A stretch of 64,000 bases of DNA. It comes from Yuukianura sp. NJ FZ-2021 (Eukaryota). The DNA lies in NCBI GenBank assembly GCA_046563655.1, contig CM102286.1:6510001-6574000 (forward strand). The letters are read 5' to 3'. The notes under the pieces are model-generated. The model was not told where the DNA came from and did not search any database. It saw nothing but the letters and a program-made list of their open reading frames with translations. Positions 1 to 13,527 of this stretch are shown one piece after another. Positions within the stretch are counted from its first letter, which is position 1, and each line of letters begins with the position of its first letter. The translations under genes were made by a program, and so were the position numbers.

Positions 1-3000
1 CATTTTCATTTAGTAAAAGTCGTGTACGTGAGAAGACTGACGTTGCTTTGCCTAATACTAAACAATATGCTAAAAACCTGATGCAGCAGCAGTACGAACG
101 ACCGGGAACTACTAATACCAAACTGGCACAATAAAATTATGCGCTGAAGTAGTTCTGCTGGGGCTTCGTAAAGATTAACATAAATGGCTGGATAAAATAG
201 TAATTTTGCTGACGGTGAAGATGCTTTTTTGTGCTTCCCATCATAACACAAGTAACCATTATAATAAAACCATTCTAAAATTCATTTCTCTACAGTCAGC
301 GCAACACGGTACGCGTCAAACGATTTCCGACTAAACACTTCTCTTGAATCCGTAATTCCCTAACCCTTATTAGCCAATCCGGAGAGCCGTACAAACATAA
401 AAATCTCAAACAAAAAAATTCAGCTTCATCGCTTATTGTCGCCAGTAATAAAATCATAACTTACGCAAAAATCACGTACATGTAACATTCTTAATAGTAC
501 TTTGTACTCGTGCATACGAGAAACGAGAAAAGTGTAAACAAGAGTCAGAAAAGTTCAAATGATGACGGAAAATTAAGTCACACTAACATTAAGTAGAGAT
601 TTACAAAATCTTGCGAAAATATTTATGTAATATTGAATATATTAATGCAAAATGTAAGATCAAATATTTTCCTTGGTCACGGTAGCAGTGAACGCCAAAA
701 TCTCTGATTTTGATTTACGGAAATTGAATTTGTGCGATTAAATTGTCAAATTTATGATAGAATCGAGGAAAACCTAGACAAAAAAGATCAAAGTGAATTG
801 AATCATCTTCAGCTTCACTAACAGAGCACACCCTCATCACCATAATCTTTTTCCCTTTAACTTTTCAATGTGTCCCATGTCACTCCTTTTGTTAACCAAA
901 AGAACTTGACAAATGGGGTTTTTACAAATTTACAACAATTGAAGTGGAATCAACTGAAATATTGTACATCATTCAGAGTTCGTTTAGTCTTAAATGAAGA
1001 TGAATTTTCTAAGCTATTAGACACATCCAAATCCCTTCACTCAATAGAAAAGGCACACAAAGTATTGAGGTTAAGCTGAAATGTAACGTTTTTAAATAAT
1101 GCGGCAGTCATTTTTTGGCCTCTCGGAAGTAAAATGCTGACATGAAGTGATAAGGAATGAGGAAGAGCAGGACATGGCCATTATGCATCAAATTCAATTT
1201 GAATCATAACAGCAGCAATGTTGTACAAAGTGAAAGTCAAAGTGTGAGAACCTTTCACTTTCACTTCACCCCAGCTTAAACCTAACCTAGTCTAACTTCC
1301 ATATGCTGAACATGCTCAAAAATCCTGTGGGGGTTCCATTCTTGAACGAAATATTGAATTATCTGTTCAAACATGACTTTTTTTTTCGAAACCTCCGCAA
1401 TAAATTTCCTTCATGAAAGGGAAAAATTGAATTTAGATTAGGTTTGACATTCTTTGCGGATTTCCGAGCAACCGAACTGCTTTTTTACTACTACTGAAGA
1501 GCTTCCCTTCGACACTTGAACTGCTTCTTATGAGTTAGACTCGTGCGGCGCTACAAGACAAGCTGACAACGACAGCTAACCAACCACAAAAAAGTTAAAT
1601 CTCAGATTGAACTGAACTGGCAGCACCAAGGACTTTGGAAGTAACTAACGTAAATGGCTTCCAGCATACATTTCCTTACATACTTGCGAGTCATGGGCAG
1701 TTTTTTGGAAGAAGCTGGCATGTTAGTCATTCTTGCTTCAGATGGATAAGGAAAAAAACTGAACAAAAGAAATAGATTTTGGTGTGTGATCAAAAACAGC
1801 TTCATCCCATCAGCCTGCTGAAAGAGTTGCAATTTAGAAAAGATTTTTTAAACCCAGATCTCGTGCCTTTCCAGCATCAACAAATTCTTCTGTCTACAGA
1901 TGATGGAAACCTACAAGTACTTGGACAAGTACTGTCGTTGGGTGCTTCAACCCTGGGGCTATTTACGCTGAAATATGATTTGAACTCATGCACTTCAACC
2001 ATCATCAACCAACTGATATCAAATTCCTTTCATAAACCCAAGACGTGCCTGGTGCAGAGCACTTCAATTTCCGTATTACGTACAATGCAAACCTAATATT
2101 CGGGAAGTATTTCATTTTCTGGGTTTGTAAAATATGACATGCCTCCTCGCTTCATCAAGCAGAAAAAGTTTCCAAAAGGTTTTAAATTGCTCATACGGGA
2201 AAAAAAATTCAGCTAAAACCACAAAACAGTAAAACAGTTGACATTGGATAACGTTAGATGTGAAATTAATTTAGTATTCAAAACCTAACCACCAGTTGAC
2301 AATTCACCATTTTAAATTCGAAATTCTTTAGAATCTTGAAATTCAAAATCGTAACTGCAACCGCGCTTGAGTATCTGCTTTTTTTTTAAAAGAAATTTTT
2401 GGGGTGCAGCTGTCTGACTTTAGCAACTAATAAAAAGTGTTACCAAAAACATCAAATTTTTCTGTTCCTCGAATGTACGTTCACAAAAATTGAAAAAAAA
2501 AAACGTAACAAAACGTTTTTCCTTTTCCTTTTTCATTTGGTTCTCACTTTTTATTCCTTTGGAATTACAGTCAACAAAATGGTTTATGGATGCCATTATG
2601 TTCATGTCTTTCGTCTACAAAACCTTTAACCTCAAGATCCAATTGCTGTAGTTCTCTTTCAATTGTTCCAAATGTGTGAACAAAACTGCTTTCCTACACT
2701 TTCTTGAATTGTTACCTACAACCATTATGCATAAAAACGAGTTCTGAGGTAAGATTGTTAAATTCAGCCAAAAGGAGCTCCCAGCATCTAACTTCCTTTA
2801 CCGGATCTCACTTTATGTTCCTTTGAAATATCAATAAAGTTGATTGTATCAACTTTATATTCTGACTCTTCCAGTCTTACTTCCTAAAAGATGACAACTG
2901 CCTACGCATTACGTTTTCCACTTTTGCAACAGGTTACTCTGATTATAAAATCAAGCGCTTGTGCCATAAAAATCAAAGGATGCAGTAAGTACTGTAACTT

Positions 3001-6000
3001 TATCGTAAGGCCATTTCCAAAAAAAGAGGCGGCTTTTGCATTCTACAACAAAAAACGTGGCTTGGGACATTTGCCAATTGTCATTGTGTTAATTTTGGCA
3101 CAAATCAAGTTCCGAGAAAATAACAATAGGAAAAGTCTTTGACGCTTAAGAATCTGATAGAAAAGGTACCCGGACACCGTGGCGTTTTGGGCCTAATTGC
3201 GAATTGGCACAACTGGCGTTAAATTGAGTTAAAAAAAAGTTGTCAATCTCGAAAGTACAAAAACCTGAAGTGATTTCTATAAAAAAAAAAATAAAAAGAT
3301 AAACAAAGTATTAAAAATGTTACTTCCGAGTGAAGTTTAGGTCAAGTGACTGTTGGTTAACTTTGTTTTTCTCTTATAAAAACTGTAAGTATAATTTCAA
3401 CTTGATTTCACTATTTGGTTAGTACTTTTCGTTTTCAATTTTTTTTTATTGCTAATTGAAAATGCATTTTCAACTGTCGGAAATTAAAATAACAAAATCC
3501 TATTCTCTTTTAGCTAGTCCACTCAACATGTTTTCCTGAAACTTAATCTACACAAAGGGAAAGTAGATGTGACGCAAAATTGGATTTAGTTACTTCACTC
3601 TTACCTTATTTTGAAATGTCTAGAACTGCAATTTGCTCTAGTTCCTTTGAACAGCAAAGTTATAATTACTTTTTCCAGAAAAACAAAAGACACTACTTAT
3701 TGCAAAAGTTAATTACGACAGACTTTGGAACTTGATCAAATTTCGTCCTCCTGGGATAACAACACAGACAACAATAATTCCGACTCCGGCCACTTAACTT
3801 CTTCCCTTCCAAGTCGATTAAGAATTGTATCAAACGGAATGCCCTAAAAACTGTGTTACTTGACAATAGCAGCAGAAGTTGGTGCTGAAAAAGCAAAAAT
3901 CGAGCTTCTTGTCTTTTTTGACGCTTCCAAGATTGAAAAGGGGGTCGCAGAGACTGCTCAAAATAGAACAAGCAATAAAAATTTACAACGCTCCCAGTTG
4001 TTCCATTGGAACAGAGGCAAAAAGGAATGATCTTCTTGACAGATGCAAAATATTTGTCAACTGGGGAAAAATAAATGCACTGCCACAGTTCCAGTTGCAC
4101 TAACTGCACGGTTAATGGCCTCTAGCACAGAAAACCATTAAATTAAAGTAAACGATTATAGCTTTAAAAAAACGAGTTTGACAGACACAGCCAAAACGTG
4201 CACTTACACACCGAAATTACTAAAAACTAACCCAATAAACACTCGCTGAATCACAAACTTCTAAGAATTTGGCAATATCTTTTCAGTTCGGCGTCAAATC
4301 AAAGACGCTTGTTGTGTAACAGGAAAAGTTGTGACGCAAAGTTCAATAGGCTTGCAACACACAAAATTAATCTCCACAGTTTCTAACTTTTCTGCAGAAC
4401 TTTCCACCAAACACAAAAATTAAAACTGTCACAAACAACATCAAAATTTTTGCTTTTCACTCCGATGTCACCCAAAGCTAAAAGTTTCTACACCCAAAGG
4501 TATTTTAACCCTGTCATAAAATTTACACGATTTTTTACGTCCTTTCGTAAAAATTTTGAAAAAACGGAAAACCTATTTTCGACTATGTTTTCGAGAGAAT
4601 TGTTGCCTTTGCCTTCTGCACAACTACTAAAGTTGTATGGGACCGTTGGGGCATAGTTTTCGGACCGAAGTTGTAGTGCTATAAGGGCTTACGGAATTGG
4701 AGATATAAGTACAAAGTACTTACCAAAAACTTCCTTTGGTGGGGTTGAAATTTCTACGGGGTACTACAGGTAAGTAAAAGCGTAGCATAACATTACTCTT
4801 TAGAACAAGGTGGATGCATAACGTCAAAAAACTTTTTGTATGGCAACCAAGCCTAGGGTTAGTTTTTGTATTGTAAGTACTATTGCAAGTATCAGGGGGA
4901 TGAAGGGGGGATGAATGGAGCGTATTCACGGGGAAGTTGTCGTGTCAAGTGTATTCCATTACAATTCAGCTACACAACAATGCCTCTCCCCACCTGTCGG
5001 ATTTACAACACCTTCAGGTTTAGCAGCAAAATTTAACATTGGGCGATCCGCATATTGAGAACAAGTTATACTTCCATTGCAATTCGGTAGAAATGTTGCC
5101 AATATTCTTGAAGGTATAACCTTCAACCAAAGCAGAGGGTGCTCCTATTTTGAGCCAAGATAAATCTGTCGAAGTTTAACAAAAAATCTAAATTGCAAAT
5201 GTACAAGCACAAAGCACAAAGTAACAAGACAATATACCAAAATACACGAGACGACACAAACACTAATAAAACAGGTAACAGGTACTAACCAGAAAGAAGC
5301 CAGGCAACCCGTGGACACATAAATTCCAAAGGAGAAAGCATTACCTTTTCTTTTGTTCCCTTGAATTCTACAAATATCCTGACATTGGCTCCTCCGGGTC
5401 TCGTCCAGTAAAAAATGAATCAGACAAAACGTGTACTTCAAACAGTGCGTACAAATGGGAAAGTTTTCTCGAAATTCATTACATTTCTTCAACGTAAAAT
5501 TTCAACATTTTGAGCAGTACTCAATATTTAAAAGAATTAGATTTTTCAGCACCATGAAATGTAGCACCGACTGTAAACATTTTATATAGAAAATATACTA
5601 GTATTTAATGAATATAAATTTGTTGATAAGAATAAGATTTTCTATAATATAATTTATACTCGTACCTATGATCCACATCATCAATAAATTTTTCAATTTT
5701 GGGAATTTACCTGTTAGAAACTTAATTACCTAACTAACCTAACCAAATTAGACAATACTTCAAAGGAATCAATTCTGGAGCAACAAAACCGTCAATTGCA
5801 ATGTCAAAGACATCCATAAAGTTGCCTATAACACCAAATTTAGTATTTCTGAAAACAGTCCACATGAGAGAGGACAACTACATTAACATTACCCTAAAAA
5901 TTCGGGAAATTGAATCAAAGAGGAGAACAAAGGAGAAAGGAGCCGGACAGTGGAAATTAATACAACTTTTAACCTAATTTTTAAACATTTATGTGAACAT

Positions 6001-6301
6001 TAAATTAAACCAATACTCAAATTCTCAATATTTACCTTACGCTTCCAGACTCGCCACTGAAACAGCAGCAACTAAACACCTGCAGAGCAGATATGCTGGC
6101 GAGGTATATGACAAGTTTGGCGAATTTTCTTTTTCAAGCTGAATCCACCAGTTAGAAAAAAAAACATCCCCTAAAGTTGTGACCAAATAGTTTGTGAGCA
6201 CCATTCAACTTAACAACAGAATAGGAACGCTGTTCCACCACTACGAGAACCAAACTTTCGGAACAGATTGGTGCTATCTATAACTAGAGCGTAAATGAAC
6301 A

Positions 6302-7985
6302 CTATTTGTTTAACTGTTCTCGAATGTAAGTAGCGATTCGGTCTGGAAAATCCGGTACTCCGTCGTACCCTAAAACAGACAAGCTTCGTTTACAAAGCAT
6401 GTGCAGAAACAGAAAACACTTCACAGTGTCCTCTTCTTAACATACTAATAGTGTAATAATTTCAATTCTTACCTGGAAAGACATTGATGTCAATGATTGC
6501 ATATCGTCCAGTTCCATCTTCGATGACCACATCAACTCCAAACAGACCTACCTTCAACGTTCGATGTACTGCTTTCACAATGCTCTTCAACACAATTGGA
6601 CAAGGCATGATTGCGGCTTCAAGCTCTTCTGGTCCCTGAATCGTCAAGCGGCTTGACGCTTCAGGCTTCGATATTTCATCACTGTGGAAATGTATAGGTT
6701 CCAAATCTACATTGCACATATTAAAAAAGGCATTAATTTTAGAGTAAAACGCGATATAACATTAATTAATATGTGCTTTACTTACCATCCGACGCAAACA
6801 AATTTATAATGGATGGACGCTTGACCATGTAACTGTCTTCTCCAATTGCAAAAAGTTTATAAAGAAACGCATTGTGATTGATGAAAGACTGGACCACACA
6901 AGGAAATTGGCATTGAGTGAATCCTCTTACATTGAACACCAACGTCATCTAAATACAGACAAGATAAATTATGGTTAAGTTGAAGCACGTCAAGATACAA
7001 GACAGAAAATATAGAATTGATGTTTTACCTCGTGAGCACTAGAACTGCCGTGTCCGAAAACTGGTTTACAGACTAAAAGTCAGAAAAATTCATTTAGTTT
7101 TAGTAGTTATTTAACAACCATTTTTTAAAAGTTTAGTCTCGACGACAAGATTGAAAATGTAATTAATTTACCGACAGGATACGGCACTTCAGCATCTCGA
7201 AGAATCGACGGTATATCACACTGGAGGGATTCAATTGTAACAAACGGCGGGATGAATACAGTCTCTATCGAAGTAAATAAACATTGTTTTTGTTACAAAA
7301 TACCAGTAAAATTCAATGCGATTTCACGTGTCAGTGTTTCCTCTATTAACTTACCTTGAGTCTGAAAATCACAATTTTGAATGAGAGTGTAAGTCTTACA
7401 CCTGTCAATTATGGTTCGAACCGCTGGAATCGGGTCGATAACGACTACGGATGGGTGCTCTTCTATATAACTCTCCAAGTTAGACAACAACTTTCTTGCC
7501 TGTTCGAAAAACCAAAATATTTTAAAATGTTTTCCTTCAAACAAGACAATCATAATCCAAATCTGAATTGCCCGACTTACCTCAACATCACCTTGGTCAG
7601 CTTTAGCAATAACATCCGTTAACTTGTGCAAAAACCCATCAAATCCTCCTTGGTTATTCAACGGTGAGTCTAGGTCCATCTTGGTTTGAATTGTAAAACA
7701 AATGTTACTCATCATTACCCATTTCACAAAGCCTCAATCTAACCTACATAATATTTAAGATTACCCGAACTGCTACGATATTGCGATCCCTAAAATCGAC
7801 AAATATAATACGTACGCAAACTCAACAAGCAACTAGATCGGGTCAATACGGGTCTTATAACTGCATTGGTACCTCAGTGCGTCTTCAATATCCGTGAGAG
7901 ATAGCTTCTTTGATTTCTTAGCGCTAATCCAGTATCCAATGCGTTTAGGAACTTCATTAGTTTTCTTCTCCGACTCCGAATTCAT
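6302..7985 (-). CDS. ITPK1: Inositol-tetrakisphosphate 1-kinase (ATP-grasp), 9 coding exons: 7985-7873, 7789-7765, 7679-7581, 7499-7355, 7264-7172, 7072-7029, 6948-6786, 6706-6473, 6369-6302
   Basis: Spliced translation gives IGYWISAKKSKKL, GFDGFLHKLTD, HPSVVVIDP..AVRTIIDRCKTY, YPVVCKPVFGHGSSSAHEM, CVVQSFINHNAFLYKLFAIG and LFGVDVVIEDGTGRYAIIDINVFPGYDGVPDF, all typical of ITPK1. All introns are GT-AG with compatible phases. Confidence 0.93.
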
Positions 7986-9670
7986 TTTACGTCAATGGAT
8001 CGCGAGAATTGCTTGTTCAAACTGTGAAACAGCAACAGGTGCACTTCCTAGAAACAAAAAGAAACAAATATTTTAAAACAGCAAAAGGAAAGACCATAAA
8101 CAGCCATACGTTTTCATTCATATTAAGATCCGAAAAATAAGTTCTGGTGCAAAGCCCGCCGTAGATTTGTAGATTTGTTACAAAAGGAAAAAATAATGCA
8201 TCGGAGGAAATAAGCAAAGCTTACCGAAGGTAGTTATACCCAAATCCAGTTCGAAACCTCGATGAAATAATGATGTAATTGCAAACTTCGAAAATTCGCA
8301 ATTTGGTCTATCGATGGCGAATGGACGATGGACGACGGAGCTGTTCTTTGGTGATGGTCTGGACTGGGGTACTCCTTCCTTCTGGCCCCCTCCGTCAATT
8401 ACCTCTAGGTTGTTGATACGTTCAAAAGGCGGAAATGAGATAATCAGCTTTGCGGTGGACGTGGTTGCTGTAGTGGTTTACTAGCGACGTGAAGTGGTCG
8501 ACGTCGAATCATCATCAGCGAAACTTATGTGCCAAGTTGAAGTATTGATTAGCACTTAAGCTGGAAGAATGAAATGGTTATCGCGGACGGAGGAATCGAT
8601 AAGCACTAATTGATAAGATACTGCTTGAACTGGACATTCATCGATGAATCGTGTAAACGTCTACTGCTCTACTTTAGGTACTTTACTTCACTTGTTCACT
8701 TTGAGTTTGAAGGAAAATGATGATCGCCGGTGATTCGCAGCTCACGCAATAAGGTGAAAGAAAACAAACATCAACAAACCCCATCTGTTCGGTTTGAACA
8801 GAACGATGTTTCGAGGGTGCGGCATCACCGATCCAACCCAGACTTCTTTTGCATCGTTCCCTCCCACTCCCAGCTGTTCACTAATATCAATATGAAATAC
8901 AGCAGAAAACTGTGTATTGTATTGTAGTAGCAACCACCACGTAAATTTACGATGTCTACTAATGCCGACCTAGATAAGTACTTTAAACATTTTTCTCCTC
9001 CTTTTGTACTATGACGGAAATTGATTGTTATCCTTACACCGACGTATGCAAACAACAAAAAACGTTGTATTTTGTAACGGTAAAAAAAAACGCAGTTTCC
9101 ACTCACGCCTTTACCTAAAAATTTCTCACCCGAGCTGAGCATAAGTTCGGCTAAAAATTTCGTCATCCACCGGGTGAATTTAAACAACCTTGGTCATGGT
9201 CACAGTAGGGTGGAATCCACCCTACTTTTTGCAATTACTGAACATTCTGTTTGAATTACTGAATAGCCAAATTGGATTGTCATTCAGAACACCTGGATTG
9301 GAATCATGCTTCTATCATGTGATACGGGCATATAACGAAACTTCAAATAAGAATGCATGATAAATACCGATCCAGTTTACTTGACGTTGAAGTCGCAACT
9401 CGCAAACTTGCTACTATTTATGAATGTTCGTCATAAATTGGATCTCAGCTGTTTCACTCGTACCCGCCGCCACTTACACCGCACCCCAAACTCTCATACC
9501 TGCACAACTTTTTTTTTTAAATTCGCTCGTATAAAGTTCTTAAAGTTGCTAAATTGTCTCACGACACAACGCAAACTTCACCCCGCCGTAAAACTGATGA
9601 CTCCTGCCTCCTGCGGTTTTCAATTTAATAGTTTAATGGTCAATGTTAAATTTATTAGGGATTAAAATAT

Positions 9671-11092
9671 TCACGACGTTTTTAACGTCAGACTTGGTAA
9701 TTCTTTGGCTTCAAAGAAAGTGTAAGATAGGAGGATTTTGTCAACGTTTTCCATTCTTGGATCTTCCGCAAATTCAGGATCAATGTAAAAGAAAACTGGA
9801 AGTTCCACTGTTTCTCCAGGGTTGAGTCTTTGTTCTTCGAAACAAAAACACTGGATCTTGTTGAAGTACTGACCAGCTTCAAATGGTACCACGTTATACG
9901 TAGATATTCCATCAACGGGACGGCTAGTTTGGTTCTCAGCTCTATAAAACGCTAGGGCAGTTTCTCCAGGAAATATCTGCAATAAAAAAACGTCGGTTAT
10001 AGGCGTTCTAGTCTGATTTAGAAAAAAAAAATTTCGAATAACCTGACCTATGACAACCTAAAACATGACCTCTACGAAAGTTGTCCGAGGCAATGAGTAG
10101 ATCATTTTTTGTCCTGTGACATACGACCCTGATACGACCCTGTGACCTACCCCTGATGCTCTAGGTTAGGTTTTTTAAAAGTCGTCAAATCTGGTTCTTT
10201 TTAAAAAAAACCTAACCTAGAGCCTCAGGGGTAGGTCACAGGGTCACATGTCACAGGACAAAAAATGATCTACTCATTGACACCGACAACTTTTGTAGGG
10301 GTCATTTTTTGCGTTGTCATAGGTCTGGTCACTCGAAAAAAAAAAATTCTAAATCAGACTAGATAGAACGCTTTACTATAACCAAAACGTCACAAAGAAT
10401 GTTTCTAGAACTAATTCAATTTAAATAACTATGGTGTTGTCTTACGACAATTTCCGATTGCCTTGGATGAAAATTCCACTGTATGGAGGACGAATGATCG
10501 GCATTGAACTGAACAGTGATGGCGCGTTCCTTAACTTTCGGCATCAACGAAAGATTTTTATCGTCTGGACTGATGTTTACAGTACCGCCATAGCTAAAAC
10601 TCTGCAAAAACAATTTCATTATAATCAATCATTCCACTAATTGGTAAGCAATGGTAAGTAACGCCCGATACGGACTTACCGTGCTGCCTTCGTGCACGGT
10701 GCAAAAATACAATGTCGCCAACTTGAAAACGAAAAAACGTTGTATTTCAGTTGCTCCTAGCAACAAAATATGTCGCCTCCACTGTATTTTTGCACAGTGC
10801 ACGAGGGCAGCACGGTAATTCCGTATCGGGCGTAAGTTTGCTGCCTCGATTTAGCAATGAAACGCACCTGACAGAATATTCTATACAAAGGGACTGCTGC
10901 ATAAGCTGAGGACGTGACCATAACACCCAGTGCTCCAAGATAGTACAACGTTGATCTCCGTCGTATATTCGCATCTTGTGAAGATCGAAACGATGATGTA
11001 CGAACACAGTGGAGACGTGTCCAATGAATCGAACGTTTCTGAAACAGGCTGCCTAATGCAAAGCATTTAGCTTTGAGTAACAATCCAGTCAT
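9671..11092 (-). CDS. COX11: Cytochrome c oxidase copper chaperone COX11, 3 exons: 11092-10868, 10601-10446, 9976-9671 (~228 aa)
   Basis: Basic mitochondrial-presequence-like N-terminus and TM segment ending YAAVPLYRIFCQ. Later motifs are VQFNAD..IQWNFHPRQ, PGETALAFYRAEN and GISTYNVVPFEAGQYFNKIQCFCFEEQRLNPGE, which contains the copper-binding CFCF motif. Confidence 0.96.
10008..10362. mobile_element. Foldback-type palindromic MITE in COX11 intron 2
   Basis: Arms of ~165 bp (CTAGTCTGATTTAGA...CTAGGTTAGGTTTTTT vs AAAAAACCTAACCTAG...TCTAAATCAGACTAG) form an imperfect inverted repeat around a short spacer. The flanks (GGTTATAGGCGTTCTA / TAGAACGC..CTATAACC) are also inverted. Superfamily not determined. 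Confidence 0.8.
10662..10832. mobile_element. PIF/Harbinger (Tourist-like) MITE in COX11 intron 1
   Basis: Terminal inverted repeats (TIRs) of ~50 bp, CGCCCGATACGGA...TGCAAAAATACA / TGTATTTTTGCA...TCCGTATCGGGCG, flanked by TAA at 10659-10661 and 10833-10835. A 3-bp TAA TSD is characteristic of PIF/Harbinger. Confidence 0.75.
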
Positions 11093-11264
11093 ACTAAAAC
11101 CCTACGCCTAGCAAAACCCGCGTCAACGTCAGCTGTTTCCGGATGCCATAATAACTCGTAATTAATAATTAAAATTATACCAAAAATAACAGCAGAAGCG
11201 GGAGTCACTCTCAAAAGTTCATTGGTTGATCACTACAACTACAACAAATTTGTCAATTGGTTGA

Positions 11265-12000
11265 AGTTAGTCTGACTATTCCCCTGACACTTTTAACTCA
11301 ATGTGAAAGAAATGGTCTTGGTCAGGTCAGCCAAATACTCAGACTCAACGTTAAAGTTAGCAAATGACGACCCTCAGCATAGGCAAGCTGCGACGCTGCT
11401 GCGAACATACCGCAGGGTAGTTTGCTAACACGAATGAGTCGGGTCTGACTTTTCCCCTGACATGTGTTTTTTTCTCATTGAGGTAAAGGAGAAAAAACAC
11501 GTGTCAGAGGAAAAGTCAGACCCGGCTCATTCGTGTTAGCAAACTACCCTACGGTTACGGTATGTATGGTAGTTTGCAAACAGGAAAAAACTTTTCCCCT
11601 GACCTTTTTTTTCTCAATGAGATATTCTCATTGAGAAACTCACTTGCTAACTGGCGGCGGCGGCATTGGCAAATTCGGGGTCTGACTATTCCTCAGACCT
11701 ATTTTTCTCGTTTAACTCACGTCAGTGAGAAACAAAATGAGTCTGGGGAATAATCAGACCACGAGTTGGCCAGTTAACAAATGCGTACCATACGTAGCCA
11801 TATTTAGTAAATTAGTAATCGCCATATTTAGTAAATTAGTAAATTAGTAAAATAGTAATTAGTAATTAGTATTTAGTAACCGCAACCGCACACTCAATTC
11901 CTAACAATAGAAATCTGTTCTGACAACTCCTCCCTCGAACCGGTTGTTTTCTCGTTTAAGTCAATGAAACAAAAAACGAGTCAGCGGAATAGTGAGGCCC
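11265..12000. repeat. Cluster of ~5 related hairpin (MITE-like) units upstream of COX11; best-preserved copy 11409-11555
   Basis: Recurring motif GTCTGACT(A/T)TTCCCCTGAC and its reverse complement. The 11409-11555 copy has ~68-bp arms (ACCGCAGGGTAGTTTGCTAACACGAATGAG... / ...CTCATTCGTGTTAGCAAACTACCCTACGGT). Confidence 0.7.
11797..11879. repeat. Short tandem repeat (TTAGTAA-type units) with a duplicated GCCATATTTAGTAAATTAGTAA block
   Basis: Directly visible reiteration. Confidence 0.85.
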
Positions 12001-13375
12001 AAGGTTCCTTGACAACGAAAAGTTGTTGTTGTCATAGAGTTGTCAATGTCAAGGGTATTTTCTTTAGATGACTTTTGTCTATAAACTTTTGTCTTGTGTT
12101 AAAAGGAAAAACCGAAATATTCCCGTGACAGCTCTCTGTACAACCGGAATTGCAATTTGTATTTGCTATTACAAACAAATTCTTTATTCTGTCCATTAAC
12201 TCTGGGTTTGCAAAAATCTTCCTTCAAACAGTTTTCCCCCCAATTCCTATCAAATTACAAATCATTACCATAGAAAGGCACGGCGACGCGAGTTTTGCAA
12301 ATTATTTAAGAAATTTAAAAACATCGTGTTATTAGACAACCTGATGTAGAATAAAGAATTTGTTTGTTTATGAACCTTGGTGTTTTTGACACCGAGAAGC
12401 TTCGACCAACTGCCTACAGATGGCCTGCACTATGCACTACTCCAATTGAATTTCACAAGCACATTCACATCACAATGGAATTTCCACTTGCTTTCTCCTT
12501 CTCACTCTGTAACTCCACAGAAGAGATATGGGCCTGCCGCAGGGGCAGGTTGAAAAGACAAGTCCATGTACCCCAACGTAATGCGTTTTTATAAGTAGGT
12601 TTAGATAGGGAACCAATCAGGCTCTATGAGTCTGAATCCAACTGCCAATCAAATCGTACGAGTCTGAGTCCGTATATCTCCATATATCAGGTGACGGCGG
12701 GAAGCAAAATCACTCCACACTACACCTACGCTATACCAGCGATCACCCCAGAACTCAAACTCCCACTCCTCCAAATCACGGGGGGGAGAGGGGGAGGAGA
12801 AAGTTTTCATTAACACTATTCTCCACCCTTTGTCGCTTCAATGTGGATGCTTTTTTCTTTGCTGTAACTCTAAAAGCGCAGAAGTATCCAATTCAAATTC
12901 CAGCACGGGTAGCGCTACCTTTTTCGTCATCGTTAAATTTATTTAGTTAAATTTAGTTAAAGCGATAATTTAAAGTTAAAAAAATAACTTAAAAAATAAT
13001 ACACCGGTTGTAAACCGCGCATAACGAAATAGCTCAAGCGATAAGGCGGTTTTTTCAAGCGCACTTCAAACTTACCCAAGTTTTTTCGACTGCGATTTCA
13101 ATCTATTACAGCAACTCTTGATTCTGATTTTGAAATTTGCTGTAATATTATTTTAAATATTAAAATATATTTTAATATTATACACGAACATGTAATAATA
13201 CACCAAAAAATTCAAAAGTGTTTTCAATATCGTCGGAGTTGAGCACCAAATTAAAAGAAAATAATCTGCTGAATTCAAGAAATTACTAACTTTGAAAAAG
13301 TGAAAACGATTTGGGGTTATAACTTTTACCTGAACAACACGGTTTAGCACGAGTGCTGGAGACGCTAATCAGAAG

Positions 13376-13527
13376 GTTCCATGCCATCGGTTCAATTGAA
13401 TTGGTTCAAAACCAAATGGTTCAAAAAGTTAGTTCAATAACCTAACCTAAAATACACATTGAACCTAATATTTTTGAACTATTTCAGCTCTTGAACCAAT
13501 TCAAATTTGAACTAATGGCGTGCTTCC
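13376..13527. mobile_element. Small Mutator/foldback-like MITE with GGTTCAA/TTGAAC subterminal repeats
   Basis: Ends (G)GTTCCATGCCAT ... ATGGCGTGCTTCC, flanked by direct repeat ATCAGAAG (13368-13375, 13528-13535). Central AACCTAACCT motif. Confidence 0.7.

Noticed and set aside
1400..5500. Short ORFs (e.g. 1779-2096, 3693-4109, 5145-5492) and splice-like signals
   Set aside because: No recognisable domain, mostly non-ATG starts, and no consistent spliced frame could be built. They could still be lncRNA or orphan exons.
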